64,000 nt of DNA from Candidatus Cloacimonadales bacterium (GCA_963662585.1 OY759729.1:2112001-2176000); one strand, 5' to 3'. Positions 19,801 to 29,783 are shown, counted from the stretch's first letter. Numbers and translations are program-made. The notes: generated by a model not told the origin, from the letters alone.

Positions 19801-20548
19801 TGAACTTAAATTTAAAGAGATAATTGAAGAGTATCCTGAGTCTCAGTATCTTTATGGTAGTGCAAAAAATCTTTTACAACTTGAAGACGATTATGATGAC
19901 TTAAAAGACTATTTCGCAACCATCGATAACACATCGAACCCTGAGCAAATCTCTAAATACATAAATTACCTTGAATATAATTGTGACTTATTATCAGGAG
20001 ACTTAGTTACTGCTATGGATTATCTTGAGAATATTATTGAAAGTCCAAGTAGTGAAATTGATTCATTGATGGCATATATTGACTTAATGAATCTAGATTT
20101 ATTAACTGGGAATCAAGATTCTTTGAGAAAAGCAACATCTTTCTTTATAGACAATAGTACTGTATATTCCATTGATCATTTTGAACATAAACGAAATAAT
20201 CTAATTGATAATATGTTAAATCTAGATGTGGATGATAATATGCAAGATGAATATTTAGCCTCGATAGTAGAAGCTAAATTTTCAGGTAATTATCCAAATC
20301 CATTTAATCCTGAAACAGCAATTTCCTATACCTTACCTAAACAGGGAAATGTTCAAATATCAATATATAACATTAAAGGTCAAAAAGTTAAAACTCTTGT
20401 TAAAAACAATAGTGATGCTGGAAGATATACGATTGTATGGAATGGTAAAGATACCAACGAGCGTGAAGTAGCCAGTGGTGTTTATCTGTATAGATTAGAA
20501 TTTAATGGAAAAAATGTTGATGTTAAAAAGTGTATTTTAATGAAATAG
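16859..20548 (+). CDS. Secreted zinc metalloprotease (M4/M36-like, propeptide) with beta-helix, TPR-like segment and T9SS-type CTD
   Basis: Signal peptide; FQQYEKGVPVVG propeptide and PepSY-like YIDANNGQII; CHEFGHALH...EGFGDY; Asn-rich beta-helix; CTD NYPNPFNPET...KCILMK. Confidence 0.8.
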   Translation: MKKLFFTCFLIGFTFCSVLAVNQYENTDFGYVRFDEVNSLPRAIFNINDSRYSGSPTEIAEAYIADNSYILFKNSKPELVLYKEITDSPAGAKITFQQYEKGVPVVGAFTTVSIDKTGTVTMLVNEYIPDIEINTTPVISASNASIIAEEIYKNDILKVSTEKLVVINENNVSLLTWRFYMRFEEEGSHIIYIDANNGQIIRNDSAEIGSGYVFDPDPSTQLGYYVDDYGDTDDPVFANCYTDVDLPNIDPSVNGLYKLRGAYAYSDDITAPNDPITYENTNDFYYNRSENGFEEASVYYVINKEVSKARALGFIPLWEVDPVLQITDSEETLAFDAHGEVIHNAHYVCDEKYMKFGAPTDAIDLAEDLSIVCHEFGHALHDAMVPGGFASSGHIEDPDFLRFVEGFGDYYAISRRREAEERIGLGYFMPNQVSNFAYPNLRVSVLPPDIANYSDSWWDDEYMNFYPKGAAFCSTLMDLEYNVGTDPSQGRRLDQGVVTTLVLATFQSVGVTLSIDDFLYAMIENDFSIYGGVHSSTIFEVFSTRLPDPCYLLSQDITSTNYLNGYVIVNSDISIIDASLSIGSHTKVLLNGTLNIEQESSFSLGSSSTVYFFDRDEIYVDESSTVIFGENTKIIGKYSTVFKDPPFVPEEIPGNKIKIYGDIYIEGSVTFTTDSPNLAYPPDSDFSWDGLELYNNSNDVVVFNDVSFNNCKLSSERRSIEIYDSAFENSSISTSLADVTIEDTYIDGYISSKGPLFTFSGDPGVVFNVLNCNIEGYHSGISLNGNHTYTISLSGISNNEADGISISESRKPGSSINNCYINNNNGAGVRFYSSVGDLNSNNISNNVRGVAIIRNSTVEMKKIGNTDQVITNNTLENISFLDDCTVSLAANRNKIINPGTYNMICPNLSTTRDFNYNMWDTNGYPNANLFYPPIIDPVQNEIGYILTEIWEGDNVDHSAGLVKSIFDQGVNALKTENYDIAELKFKEIIEEYPESQYLYGSAKNLLQLEDDYDDLKDYFATIDNTSNPEQISKYINYLEYNCDLLSGDLVTAMDYLENIIESPSSEIDSLMAYIDLMNLDLLTGNQDSLRKATSFFIDNSTVYSIDHFEHKRNNLIDNMLNLDVDDNMQDEYLASIVEAKFSGNYPNPFNPETAISYTLPKQGNVQISIYNIKGQKVKTLVKNNSDAGRYTIVWNGKDTNEREVASGVYLYRLEFNGKNVDVKKCILMK

Positions 20549-20558
20549 ATAATTAAGT

Positions 20559-20580
20559 TCAGCCCATTAATTTGGGCTGA
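20559..20580 (+). terminator. Intergenic stem-loop (weak terminator or mRNA stabiliser)
   Basis: TCAGCCCA-ttaatt-TGGGCTGA with no immediate U-tract. Confidence 0.4.
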
Positions 20581-20601
20581 GCAAAATTTTTAGGAGTTTG
20601 T

Positions 20602-21915
20602 ATGAAATATTTGCTAAGTATCATATTACTAATTTTTACTCTGGCTGGAGAGGCTCTAGATTATCAAAGGATTTCTCCCTTTGCTGAAGATGTTCCTATC
20701 AAGGGTGATTTTGTAAGTCCTAGCCAAGGTTGGGCATTTAAGTATAGTAATGATGAGCTATACAGTGAGGATCTCTATTTCACAGATGATGGCGGAGATA
20801 GCTGGACTATGATTTATTCTTTAGATTATATTTGGGAAAAGTTTGTGGATATACAGATGATTGATAGTCAATTTGGCATGGCGACGGTAAATCTTGCTGG
20901 TGTTGATTACCGGGATTATAGATTAACTTATGATGGCGGTTATACTTGGACCTCAATCATAGATACCCTCCCTGATGGTTTAGAAATTCAGTATATACAA
21001 TTTATTTCCTCTGAGATTGGTTTTATCTGTACCCAGCCTCTAGTTGCTCATGAAAGTATCTCAATATACAAAACCGTTGATTCTGGATTAACTTGGAATC
21101 AATCCCAAAATCCTAATAACTCTATAGGGATGCAGAATATTATGTACTCTCTTGATGAAACCAACATTTGGAGTGGAGGGTATTTATATCCAACGATAGA
21201 TGGAGGTGGACTACATTACTCTAATGACGGTGGTGATTCCTGGCAACTACTCATTGTAACTCAACCAATTTATGATTTAGAAATGGTTACTGCTGAATAT
21301 GGAGCTTATCTTGGAATACATTACTCGGCACAATGGAACAGTTTAGTATTCACTCATGATAATTTTAACACATCTACTTATGTGTATACCGAGAATGACT
21401 TTGCGGATTATTTTTTTGGTTTTTGTTTCCAAAACGAAAGTAATATCTGGGTTGCCTGTAGAATGGGAAAACTCATGCTTAGTGAAAATGGTGGAGCTTC
21501 ATTCCGTGAATATGTAAATCTAAATGATGATTTACTAGATATTGAGTTTTTTAATGATACAGGTTTTGTTTATAGTGTCGATAGTATCTACAAATTGAAT
21601 TATCCTGTTAGTAATAATGATTCTGAACAAATATCAGCAAATGACTATCAACTCACTAACTATCCAAACCCTTTCAATCCTCAGACAACTATTTCATTTG
21701 CTCTTGAGAAAGCTGAGAGTGTGAAGTTGGAAATATTTAATTCTAAAGGGCAAAGAGTAAAAAATCTTTTGAAGAGCAAGCTTCAACCAGGAAAGCATAA
21801 TTATGCATGGGATGGGACAGATAACCATAATAGCAAAGTTAGTTCAGGAGCTTATTTTTATCGGCTTGAAGTTGCCGGAGAAAAACATATTAAACAGTGC
21901 ATATTACTTAAATAA
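20602..21915 (+). CDS. Secreted YCF48/BNR (Asp-box) beta-propeller protein with T9SS-type CTD
   Basis: Repeated TxDGGxxW boxes (TDDGGDSW, TYDGGYTW, SNDGGDSW) and CTD NYPNPFNPQ. Confidence 0.8.
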   Translation: MKYLLSIILLIFTLAGEALDYQRISPFAEDVPIKGDFVSPSQGWAFKYSNDELYSEDLYFTDDGGDSWTMIYSLDYIWEKFVDIQMIDSQFGMATVNLAGVDYRDYRLTYDGGYTWTSIIDTLPDGLEIQYIQFISSEIGFICTQPLVAHESISIYKTVDSGLTWNQSQNPNNSIGMQNIMYSLDETNIWSGGYLYPTIDGGGLHYSNDGGDSWQLLIVTQPIYDLEMVTAEYGAYLGIHYSAQWNSLVFTHDNFNTSTYVYTENDFADYFFGFCFQNESNIWVACRMGKLMLSENGGASFREYVNLNDDLLDIEFFNDTGFVYSVDSIYKLNYPVSNNDSEQISANDYQLTNYPNPFNPQTTISFALEKAESVKLEIFNSKGQRVKNLLKSKLQPGKHNYAWDGTDNHNSKVSSGAYFYRLEVAGEKHIKQCILLK

Positions 21916-21924
21916 GGAGAAAAG

Positions 21925-23214
21925 ATGAATAGAATGATCTTAATCTTAGCAGTTATATTAACAACAATCCCGCTATTGGCTACTGAATGGGTAGAAATTG
22001 ACCCTCCAGAGGGGGCAAATGGAGGTCTTAGCTATCAGTTTATTTCTGCAACTGAGGGTTGGGCTTTTAGCTCAAATTATGATGGAACACTGCTCTACCA
22101 CACAAATAACACTGGACAAAGTTGGGAACAGATATATGTAAGTGATCAGTACCAAATAGATGATCTTCAGATGATTGATAACGAAAATGGTTGGGCTATA
22201 CTCTATGGAGCTAATAGTACAAATCTTTTTGCAACAATTAATGGTGGTGAAGACTGGTTTAGAGTTAATGTCCAAGTGCCAATATACGGTCATGTTACTG
22301 CAATGGATTTCTCAGATATGGAGAATGGGCTTATAGCTGGTTTATCTGATGGCATATCATATTTATACAGAACAACAAATGGGGGTTATGATTTTGAGAA
22401 CTTATATGAAATTAATAATAGTTTTGAAGTTAGAAATATTACTTGTCTTGATGAAGTAAATATCTGGGTATCAGGCTCTCTTTTCGATGGGATAGCAATA
22501 TATTCTAGTAATGAAGGTGTTGACTGGGATTTTATTGGTAATTCTATAGAGAACTCTGATTTAAAAAGATTTCACTTCTTAACAGATCAGATTTATGGAT
22601 TCACTGGGAATTTTATTATAGATGGAGACTTTCTTGGTAATATCCTAATTCTAACCGACGATGGTATGGATACTTACACTCTTCTTGATGATTCAGTATT
22701 TGGAGAAAATGTTTATTCTTGCTATTTTATGGATGAACAAACTATCTGGGTTGGAGGTAGTGATAATATGTTTATAAGCACCAATGGTGGAAGAACATTC
22801 TCTATTTATCAGAATTTTGATACAAATATCAAGGATATTACTTTTATTGATTCAACTGGCTTCGCTACTGGTGGCAACGGTTCTCTTTATGTTTACCATC
22901 CAGCTGTTAGTAATGATGAAGCAAGTGTAGAGGTTCCCATCTTGGACTTTAACTGTTATCCTAACCCTTTTAACCCAGAAACAACTATCAGTTTTAATAA
23001 TCCTCAAAATGGAAGAATCAGCTTGTCAATATACAATATCAAAGGACAGTTGGTAAAAACTCTGTTAGATGAAGAGATAGCTGTAGGGACTCATAGTATT
23101 GTCTGGAATGGTACCAACGAAAAAGGTATAAGTGTTACTTCAGGTATCTATTTTGCCAAAATAACTAATACTACTAGTAATAGTTTAACCAAGAAAATGA
23201 TTCTCATGAAATAG
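21925..23214 (+). CDS. Secreted YCF48/BNR beta-propeller protein with CTD (tandem copy A)
   Basis: TNNTGQSW, TINGGEDW and TTNGGYDF boxes; CTD CYPNPFNPET...KKMILMK. Confidence 0.8.
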   Translation: MNRMILILAVILTTIPLLATEWVEIDPPEGANGGLSYQFISATEGWAFSSNYDGTLLYHTNNTGQSWEQIYVSDQYQIDDLQMIDNENGWAILYGANSTNLFATINGGEDWFRVNVQVPIYGHVTAMDFSDMENGLIAGLSDGISYLYRTTNGGYDFENLYEINNSFEVRNITCLDEVNIWVSGSLFDGIAIYSSNEGVDWDFIGNSIENSDLKRFHFLTDQIYGFTGNFIIDGDFLGNILILTDDGMDTYTLLDDSVFGENVYSCYFMDEQTIWVGGSDNMFISTNGGRTFSIYQNFDTNIKDITFIDSTGFATGGNGSLYVYHPAVSNDEASVEVPILDFNCYPNPFNPETTISFNNPQNGRISLSIYNIKGQLVKTLLDEEIAVGTHSIVWNGTNEKGISVTSGIYFAKITNTTSNSLTKKMILMK

Positions 23215-23282
23215 TTGACAGAAAAAGTAGATAAGGAGAAAAACATATTAAACAGTGCATATTACTTAAATAAGGAGAAAAG

Positions 23283-24569
23283 ATGAATAGAATGATCTTA
23301 ATCTTAGCAGTTATATTAACAACAATCCCGCTATTGGCTACTGAATGGGTAGAAATTGACCCTCCAGAGGGGGCAAATGGAGGTCTTAGCTATCAGTTTA
23401 TTTCTGCAACTGAGGGTTGGGCTTTTAGCTCAAATTATGATGGAACACTGCTCTACCACACAAATAACACTGGACAAAGTTGGGAACAGATATATGTAAG
23501 TGATCAGAATCAAATAATAGATCTTCAAATGATTGATAGCCAACATGGTTGGGCTATAATATATAGAGGAATGTCGGTGGACCTTTTTACAACAGCTTCT
23601 GGTGGTGAAGCCTGGTTTAGAGTTGATGTTCAAGTGCCAATCTCCGGTCTTGTTACTACGATGGATTTCTCAGACATGGAAAATGGGCTTATTGCTGGTT
23701 CTTCTGACGGTGTAAAATACGTCTATAGAACAACAAATGGGGGCTACGATTTTGAGGAATTATACCAAACTGATATTAACTTTGTGATTACTGATATTAG
23801 TTGCCTTGGTGAAGATAACATTTGGGTTTTAGGTACCACTTCTGAAGGGATAGCTTTTTACTCTAGCAACGCAGGTGCCGACTGGGTTATCCTTGGTGAT
23901 ACTTTAAGCCATGCAAATACATTAAACTATAATTTTTTTTCAGACCAAGTTTATGGAATTTTAGGAGACTTTACGATATATGAAGATATAATCTTTTATG
24001 CACTAATTCTAACCAACGATGGGATGGATACTTATACTCTTTATGATGATTCAACTTTTGGGGAATATGTTTATTCTTGTTATTTTATGGATGAACAAAC
24101 TATCTGGGTTGGAGGAAGGTTCAATATGTTCATAAGTACTAATGGTGGAAGATCTTTTGCTGTCTATCAGAATTTTGATACAAATATCAAGGATATTACT
24201 TTTATTGATTCAACTGGCTTCGCTACTGGTGGCAACGGTTCTCTTTATGTTTACCATCCAGCTGTTAGTAATGATGAAGCAAGTGTAGAGGTTCCCATCT
24301 TGGACTTTAACTGTTATCCTAATCCCTTTAACCCAGAAACAACTATCAGTTTTAATAATCCTCAAAATGGAAGAATCAGTTTGTCAATATACAATATCAA
24401 AGGACAGCTGGTAAAAACTCTGTTAGATGAAGAGATAGCTGTAGGGACTCATAGTATTGTCTGGAATGGTACCAACGAAAAAGGTAATAGTGTTACTTCA
24501 GGTATCTATTTTACCAAAATAACTACTACTAGTACTAGTTTAACTAAGAAAATGATATTATTGAAATAG
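23283..24569 (+). CDS. Secreted YCF48/BNR beta-propeller protein with CTD (tandem copy B)
   Basis: Paralogue of 21925-23214 at a 1358-bp offset. Ends are near-identical and the middle is divergent. Confidence 0.8.
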   Translation: MNRMILILAVILTTIPLLATEWVEIDPPEGANGGLSYQFISATEGWAFSSNYDGTLLYHTNNTGQSWEQIYVSDQNQIIDLQMIDSQHGWAIIYRGMSVDLFTTASGGEAWFRVDVQVPISGLVTTMDFSDMENGLIAGSSDGVKYVYRTTNGGYDFEELYQTDINFVITDISCLGEDNIWVLGTTSEGIAFYSSNAGADWVILGDTLSHANTLNYNFFSDQVYGILGDFTIYEDIIFYALILTNDGMDTYTLYDDSTFGEYVYSCYFMDEQTIWVGGRFNMFISTNGGRSFAVYQNFDTNIKDITFIDSTGFATGGNGSLYVYHPAVSNDEASVEVPILDFNCYPNPFNPETTISFNNPQNGRISLSIYNIKGQLVKTLLDEEIAVGTHSIVWNGTNEKGNSVTSGIYFTKITTTSTSLTKKMILLK

Positions 24570-24630
24570 TTGACAGAAAATGTAGATAAATAGTAATATA
24601 ATACAGAGGGAGGATATCCTCTCTCTGTAT
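24570..24630 (+). promoter_or_regulatory. Sigma70-like promoter plus 5' stem-loop upstream of beta-helix array 1
   Basis: TTGACA-18nt-TAATAT immediately after the upstream stop codon, then hairpin ATACAGAGGGAGG-atat-CCTCTCTCTGTAT. Near-identical copy at 38470-38529. Confidence 0.55.
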
Positions 24631-24654
24631 TCATTTTAATAACTAGGAGACTTA

Positions 24655-27108
24655 ATGTATAAAATTAATATATTAATAATAATATTGCTAATGGTGACTA
24701 TTAGTATTAGTGCTACAGTATTAGAAGTAGGACTAGGGCAAGATTTTACTTACAACACTATCCAATCTGCCGTAGATGCAGCAGTAGATTATGATACAAT
24801 TTTAGTTCATCCCGGAAGATACCTTGAAAATGTAGAAGTTTTAGAGAAAAGTCTTACTCTTGGGTCTCTATTTCTAACAACAGGTAATCAAGCTTATATA
24901 GATTCAACTATGATTGACGGGAATGATGAGGATACTGTTCTTAAGATTTATCATAATAGATATGTCCCTGAATTTAAATATATCAAAATATATGGACTTT
25001 CAATAACTGGTGGTAACACCTTGACTGACCATTTTAATGAAAATGAGGGTAGAAATTATAAGGGAGGAGGAATTAATATTCTAGGTTATAGCTACCTTGA
25101 TTCTGAGTTCTCTTCATTCGAATATTGCAAGATTTTTAATAATACATCTTCAACAGGAGGTGGAATCGCAATTTTTGAGTCAAATGTATGTATTGCAGGA
25201 TGTGAAATTTTTAATAATAACGGAGGTCGTACTGGTGGTGGTATTTATAGTGTAGGAATAGATTATCAATTAGAATTATCTGAAACATATCCTAATTCTG
25301 TTTATAATAACAGTGCCGGTAAGGGCAGAGATGTTTATATAGAACCAATAAATAGTAATCCTGCTCAAATAAACGGACTCTATTTTGATAAGATATCAGT
25401 TGCTCCTGAAGGTGATTTCTCTCACTACTATTATGTTTCAGATGTAATAGAATGGGATGGAGAGATTACTTACAATGAAACAGCTTATGAACGCATCGAA
25501 GCTGATTTATATGTTTCTCCTACTGGCAATGATAATAACACAGGCTTAAGTCCAGTACAAGCGCTAAGGACTATTTCTAAAGCAACCTCATTATTAAAAA
25601 CTCGTGGAAATGGAGATTATAATATTGTTCATGTCGCTCCAGGATTATACTCTCCTGATACCACTGGAGAGATATTTCCAATCAGTATGGATAGAGGAAC
25701 CAAACTTGTCGGTGCTGGTTCAACTGAAACTATCTTAGATGGAGAAAATCAGATAAGTAATTTTTTCTATTTTGAAGATAATTCCGATATTTCAGTCTCT
25801 GGATTTAGCTGTAAGAACTTATATAGCCGTGCAGCCTGGGCAGGAGTGATAAGATCTAATAATGTTGAAAGTTTAACTGTAAAAGATGTCTATTCTGAAA
25901 ATATTCATACTTATAGTGCTTTTTTTATCGCTCATAGCAGTGATATTTTAATTGAAGATATAATTCTTAAGAATTATAATTATAATGGTTTTCAGATTGG
26001 TGAATCACAAGGAGTTATTCATAATGTCTGGGCAGATAGTCTGAATGTTACTTTAGAAGTAGAAGGGCAACCAACTTCCATGCCAGTTACTATTTCTATA
26101 GGTAGTTACAAAATTTCTAATATTGCTGTCACTAACTCAGTTATACCAGGTGGCAGAGCATTTCAATGTGGAAACCCAATTGAGGATAATGATAATTTTA
26201 TTACCATTAATAATCTCTTAATTGCAAATTGTAGTTATACTCCTTTGGATTGGAATTTTACGACTGTAGGTATATTTGGAGAGCACCAACCTCAAATAAA
26301 AGTAAATAATATGACCATAGTTAACAATACTAATAATTGGCCGGCTCTGGTAATCAGAGGTGATGTAAAAATTCGCAACTTAATTCTTGATAATCCCAAC
26401 ATCCCCATCGAAATATATCTGCTCAGAGCAAGTGACCCTCCTAACAATCCAGGTATCTCAGCACTTGATATAGATTACAGCTTAGTTCGGGGTGGATTAG
26501 ATGCTTTAGTAACAGATTACAATGATGGCTGGACTTTAACCTGGGGAGATAATATGCTGGATGAAGATCCTGGTTTTGCAGGAGGTGATGAGACTTTGTG
26601 GTCATCTTATTTCTTAGCTGAAGACTCACCTTGCATAGATGCAGGAGTAGCTGATACAACAGGCTTTTATATGACTAGGATGGATTTAAATGGTTGTGAG
26701 CGAGTCTATGGTTCAGCAGTAGATTTAGGTTGTTTTGAATATGGTTCTCCGGTACCCAATAGTGATAATCACGATATAGAAGTGGTACATAGTAATATCA
26801 TGATTTATCCTAATCCCGCTCAGCTGAATAGTGGACTGAAAGGAGTAACCACTATAGAATTCACTTTGCCGGGAGCTAAAGCTAAAGATATCAAGGTGGG
26901 AGTATATAATCTCAAAGGACAGAAAGTAAGAGATTTACAGGTAGGTCAAAGTTTTTATAACAACTTAAAAGTAGATAACCCTACCTATAGTTTGCACTGG
27001 GACCTAAAGAATAATAGAGGCCGAAATGTTTCTAGTGGTATCTATTTTATTAAAGCTGATGATAGACAAGGGCATTCTGTTATTACAAAATCGTGTGTGA
27101 TGAAGTAA
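24655..27108 (+). CDS. Secreted right-handed beta-helix/DUF1565-like protein with CTD (paralogue 1)
   Basis: TIQSAVDAA...VHPGRYLEN, GGGI repeats, LYVSPTGNDNNTG...TISKA, SPCIDAG...DLGCFEY and CTD YPNP...YNLKGQKV...SSGIYF. Confidence 0.8.
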   Translation: MYKINILIIILLMVTISISATVLEVGLGQDFTYNTIQSAVDAAVDYDTILVHPGRYLENVEVLEKSLTLGSLFLTTGNQAYIDSTMIDGNDEDTVLKIYHNRYVPEFKYIKIYGLSITGGNTLTDHFNENEGRNYKGGGINILGYSYLDSEFSSFEYCKIFNNTSSTGGGIAIFESNVCIAGCEIFNNNGGRTGGGIYSVGIDYQLELSETYPNSVYNNSAGKGRDVYIEPINSNPAQINGLYFDKISVAPEGDFSHYYYVSDVIEWDGEITYNETAYERIEADLYVSPTGNDNNTGLSPVQALRTISKATSLLKTRGNGDYNIVHVAPGLYSPDTTGEIFPISMDRGTKLVGAGSTETILDGENQISNFFYFEDNSDISVSGFSCKNLYSRAAWAGVIRSNNVESLTVKDVYSENIHTYSAFFIAHSSDILIEDIILKNYNYNGFQIGESQGVIHNVWADSLNVTLEVEGQPTSMPVTISIGSYKISNIAVTNSVIPGGRAFQCGNPIEDNDNFITINNLLIANCSYTPLDWNFTTVGIFGEHQPQIKVNNMTIVNNTNNWPALVIRGDVKIRNLILDNPNIPIEIYLLRASDPPNNPGISALDIDYSLVRGGLDALVTDYNDGWTLTWGDNMLDEDPGFAGGDETLWSSYFLAEDSPCIDAGVADTTGFYMTRMDLNGCERVYGSAVDLGCFEYGSPVPNSDNHDIEVVHSNIMIYPNPAQLNSGLKGVTTIEFTLPGAKAKDIKVGVYNLKGQKVRDLQVGQSFYNNLKVDNPTYSLHWDLKNNRGRNVSSGIYFIKADDRQGHSVITKSCVMK

Positions 27109-27165
27109 TCTATCCACTAATTTCACGAATTACACTAATGTAGGGGCTAATCAATATTAGCCCTA
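27107..27165. repeat. Spacer repeat: 9-bp-periodic element plus GTAG-type REP hairpin (second copy at ~29673-29731)
   Basis: AATCTATCCACTAATTTCACGAATTACACTAA followed by GTAGGGGCTAAT-caat-ATTAGCCCTA. Confidence 0.65.
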
Positions 27166-27217
27166 GCAGGAAAATGAAAAGATAAAAATTAAAAATGATT
27201 CTGAACTAGGAGACTTA

Positions 27218-29674
27218 ATGTATAAAATTAATATATTAATAATAATATTGCTAATGGTGACTATTAGTATTAGTGCTACAGTATTAGAAGTAGGACTAGG
27301 GCAAGATTTTACTTACAACACTATCCAATCTGCCGTAGATGCAGCAGTAGATTATGATACAATTTTAGTTCATCCCGGAAGATACCTTGAAAATGTAGAA
27401 GTTTTAGAGAAAAGTCTTACTCTTGGGTCTCTATTTCTAACAACAGGTAATCAAGCTTATATAGATTCAACTATGATTGACGGGAATGATGAGGATACTG
27501 TTCTTAAGATTTATCATAATAGATATGTCCCTGAATTAAAATATATCAAAATATATGGACTTTCAATAACTGGTGGTAACACCTTGACTGACCATTTTAA
27601 TGAAAATGAGGGTAGAAATTATAAGGGAGGAGGAATTAATATTCTAGGTTATAGCTACCTTGATTCTGAGTTCTCTTCATTCGAATATTGCAAGATTTTT
27701 AATAATACATCTTCAACAGGAGGTGGAATCGCAATTTTTGAGTCAAATGTATGTATTGCAGGATGTGAAATTTTTAATAATTACGGAGGTCGTACTGGTG
27801 GTGGTATCTACAGTGTGGGAATAAATTACCAATTAGAATTATCAGAAGCATATCCTAATTCTGTTTATAATAACAGTGCAGGTAAGGGCAGAGATGTTTA
27901 TATAGAACCAATAAATAGTAATCCTGCTCAAATAAACGGACTCTATTTTGATAAGATATCAGTTGCTCCTGAAGGTGATTTCTCTCACTACTATTATGTT
28001 TCAGATGTAATAGAATGGGATGGCGAGATTACTTACAACGAAACAGCTTATGAACGCATCGAAGCTGATTTATATGTTTCTCCAAATGGCAATGATAATA
28101 ACACAGGCTTAAGTCCAGCTCAAGCACTAAAGACTATTTCTAAAGCAACATCATTATTAAAACCTCGTACCAATGGCGATTATAATATTGTCCATGTTGC
28201 TCCTGGTTTATATTCTCCAGATACGACAGGAGAGATATTCCCAATCAGTATGGATCGAGGAACCAAACTTGTCGGTGCTGGCTCTGTTGATACAATCTTA
28301 GATGGAGAAAATCAGATTTGTAATTTTTTCTATCTTGAAGATAACAGTGATATTTCAGTATCAGGTTTTAGCTGTAAGAACTTATATTCAAGAGCAGGAT
28401 GGGCTGGAATTGTAAGGGCAAACAATGTTGAGGCTTTAGAAATGAAAGATCTTAATGTTGAGAATATCCATACTGATGGTGTCTTTGTTATCTTTTACAC
28501 AAGTAACATATTGCTTGAAGATATCATTTTAAATAATTATAACTATCATGGATTTATAATAGCAGCATCTCAAGGAGTGGTACATAATGTCTGGGCCGAT
28601 AGTCTTAATGTTACAATGGAGGTAGAGGGTCAGCCTGGCTCTATACCAATAGCTTTTGATAAAGGCAGTTATAGAATCTCAAATATTGCAGTAACTAACT
28701 CTGTTATTCCTGGAGGAAGAGCTTTTCAGTATGGTAGTGATGCAAGTGAAAATGAAAGTAATGATTTTGCAACAGTTAATAATCTATTAGTAGCAAATTG
28801 TTCTTATACTCCTTTAGATTGGAATTTCACAACAGTTGGTTTTATAGGAGAACACTTACCCCAAATGAAAGTTAATAATATGACCCTAGTAAATAACACC
28901 AACAACTTGCCAATATTGGGTATTAGAGGGGATGTTAAAATTAGAAATTCAATTTTTGATAATCCTAATAGCTCTTATGAAATCTATCTGATGGACCCAG
29001 CTGAAGTACCAACACCTGGGATATCAGCCCTTGATATAGATTACTCTTTAGTAAGAGGTGGTATAGATGCATTAGTAACAGATTATGATGAGGAATGGAT
29101 TCTTAATTGGGGAGATAATATGCTTGATGAAGATCCTGGTTTTATAGGAGGTGATGAAAGCTTATGGTCATCTTATTTCTTAGCTGAAGATTCACCTTGC
29201 ATAGATGCAGGAGTAGCTGATACAACAGGGTATTTTATGGTAGAAACAGATTTAAATGGATGTGAAAGAGTCTATGGTTCAGCAGTAGATTTAGGTTGTT
29301 TTGAATATGGTTCTCCGGTACCCAATAGTGATAATCACGATATAGAAGTGGTACATAGTAATATCATGATTTATCCTAATCCCGCTCAGCTGAATAGTGG
29401 ACTGAAAGGAGTAACCACTATAGAATTCACTTTGCCAGGAGCTAAAGCTAAAGATATCAAGGTGGGAGTATATAAACTCAAAGGACAGAAAGTAAGAGAT
29501 TTACAGGTAGGTCAAAGTTTTTATGATAACTTAAAAGTAGATAACCCTACCTATAGTTTGCACTGGGACCTAAAGAATAATAGAGGTAAAAATGTTTCTA
29601 GTGGTATCTATTTTATTAAAGCTGATGATAGGCAAGGGCATTCTGTTATTACAAAATCGTGTGTGATGAAGTAA
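27218..29674 (+). CDS. Beta-helix/DUF1565-like CTD protein (paralogue 2)
   Basis: N-terminal part near-identical to paralogue 1; central part shared with paralogue 3. Confidence 0.8.
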   Translation: MYKINILIIILLMVTISISATVLEVGLGQDFTYNTIQSAVDAAVDYDTILVHPGRYLENVEVLEKSLTLGSLFLTTGNQAYIDSTMIDGNDEDTVLKIYHNRYVPELKYIKIYGLSITGGNTLTDHFNENEGRNYKGGGINILGYSYLDSEFSSFEYCKIFNNTSSTGGGIAIFESNVCIAGCEIFNNYGGRTGGGIYSVGINYQLELSEAYPNSVYNNSAGKGRDVYIEPINSNPAQINGLYFDKISVAPEGDFSHYYYVSDVIEWDGEITYNETAYERIEADLYVSPNGNDNNTGLSPAQALKTISKATSLLKPRTNGDYNIVHVAPGLYSPDTTGEIFPISMDRGTKLVGAGSVDTILDGENQICNFFYLEDNSDISVSGFSCKNLYSRAGWAGIVRANNVEALEMKDLNVENIHTDGVFVIFYTSNILLEDIILNNYNYHGFIIAASQGVVHNVWADSLNVTMEVEGQPGSIPIAFDKGSYRISNIAVTNSVIPGGRAFQYGSDASENESNDFATVNNLLVANCSYTPLDWNFTTVGFIGEHLPQMKVNNMTLVNNTNNLPILGIRGDVKIRNSIFDNPNSSYEIYLMDPAEVPTPGISALDIDYSLVRGGIDALVTDYDEEWILNWGDNMLDEDPGFIGGDESLWSSYFLAEDSPCIDAGVADTTGYFMVETDLNGCERVYGSAVDLGCFEYGSPVPNSDNHDIEVVHSNIMIYPNPAQLNSGLKGVTTIEFTLPGAKAKDIKVGVYKLKGQKVRDLQVGQSFYDNLKVDNPTYSLHWDLKNNRGKNVSSGIYFIKADDRQGHSVITKSCVMK

Positions 29675-29783
29675 TCTATCCACTAATTTCACGAATTACA
29701 CTAATATAGGGGCTAATCAATATTAGCCCTAGCAGGAAAATGAAAAGATAAAAATTAAAAATGATTCTGAACTAGGAGACTTA

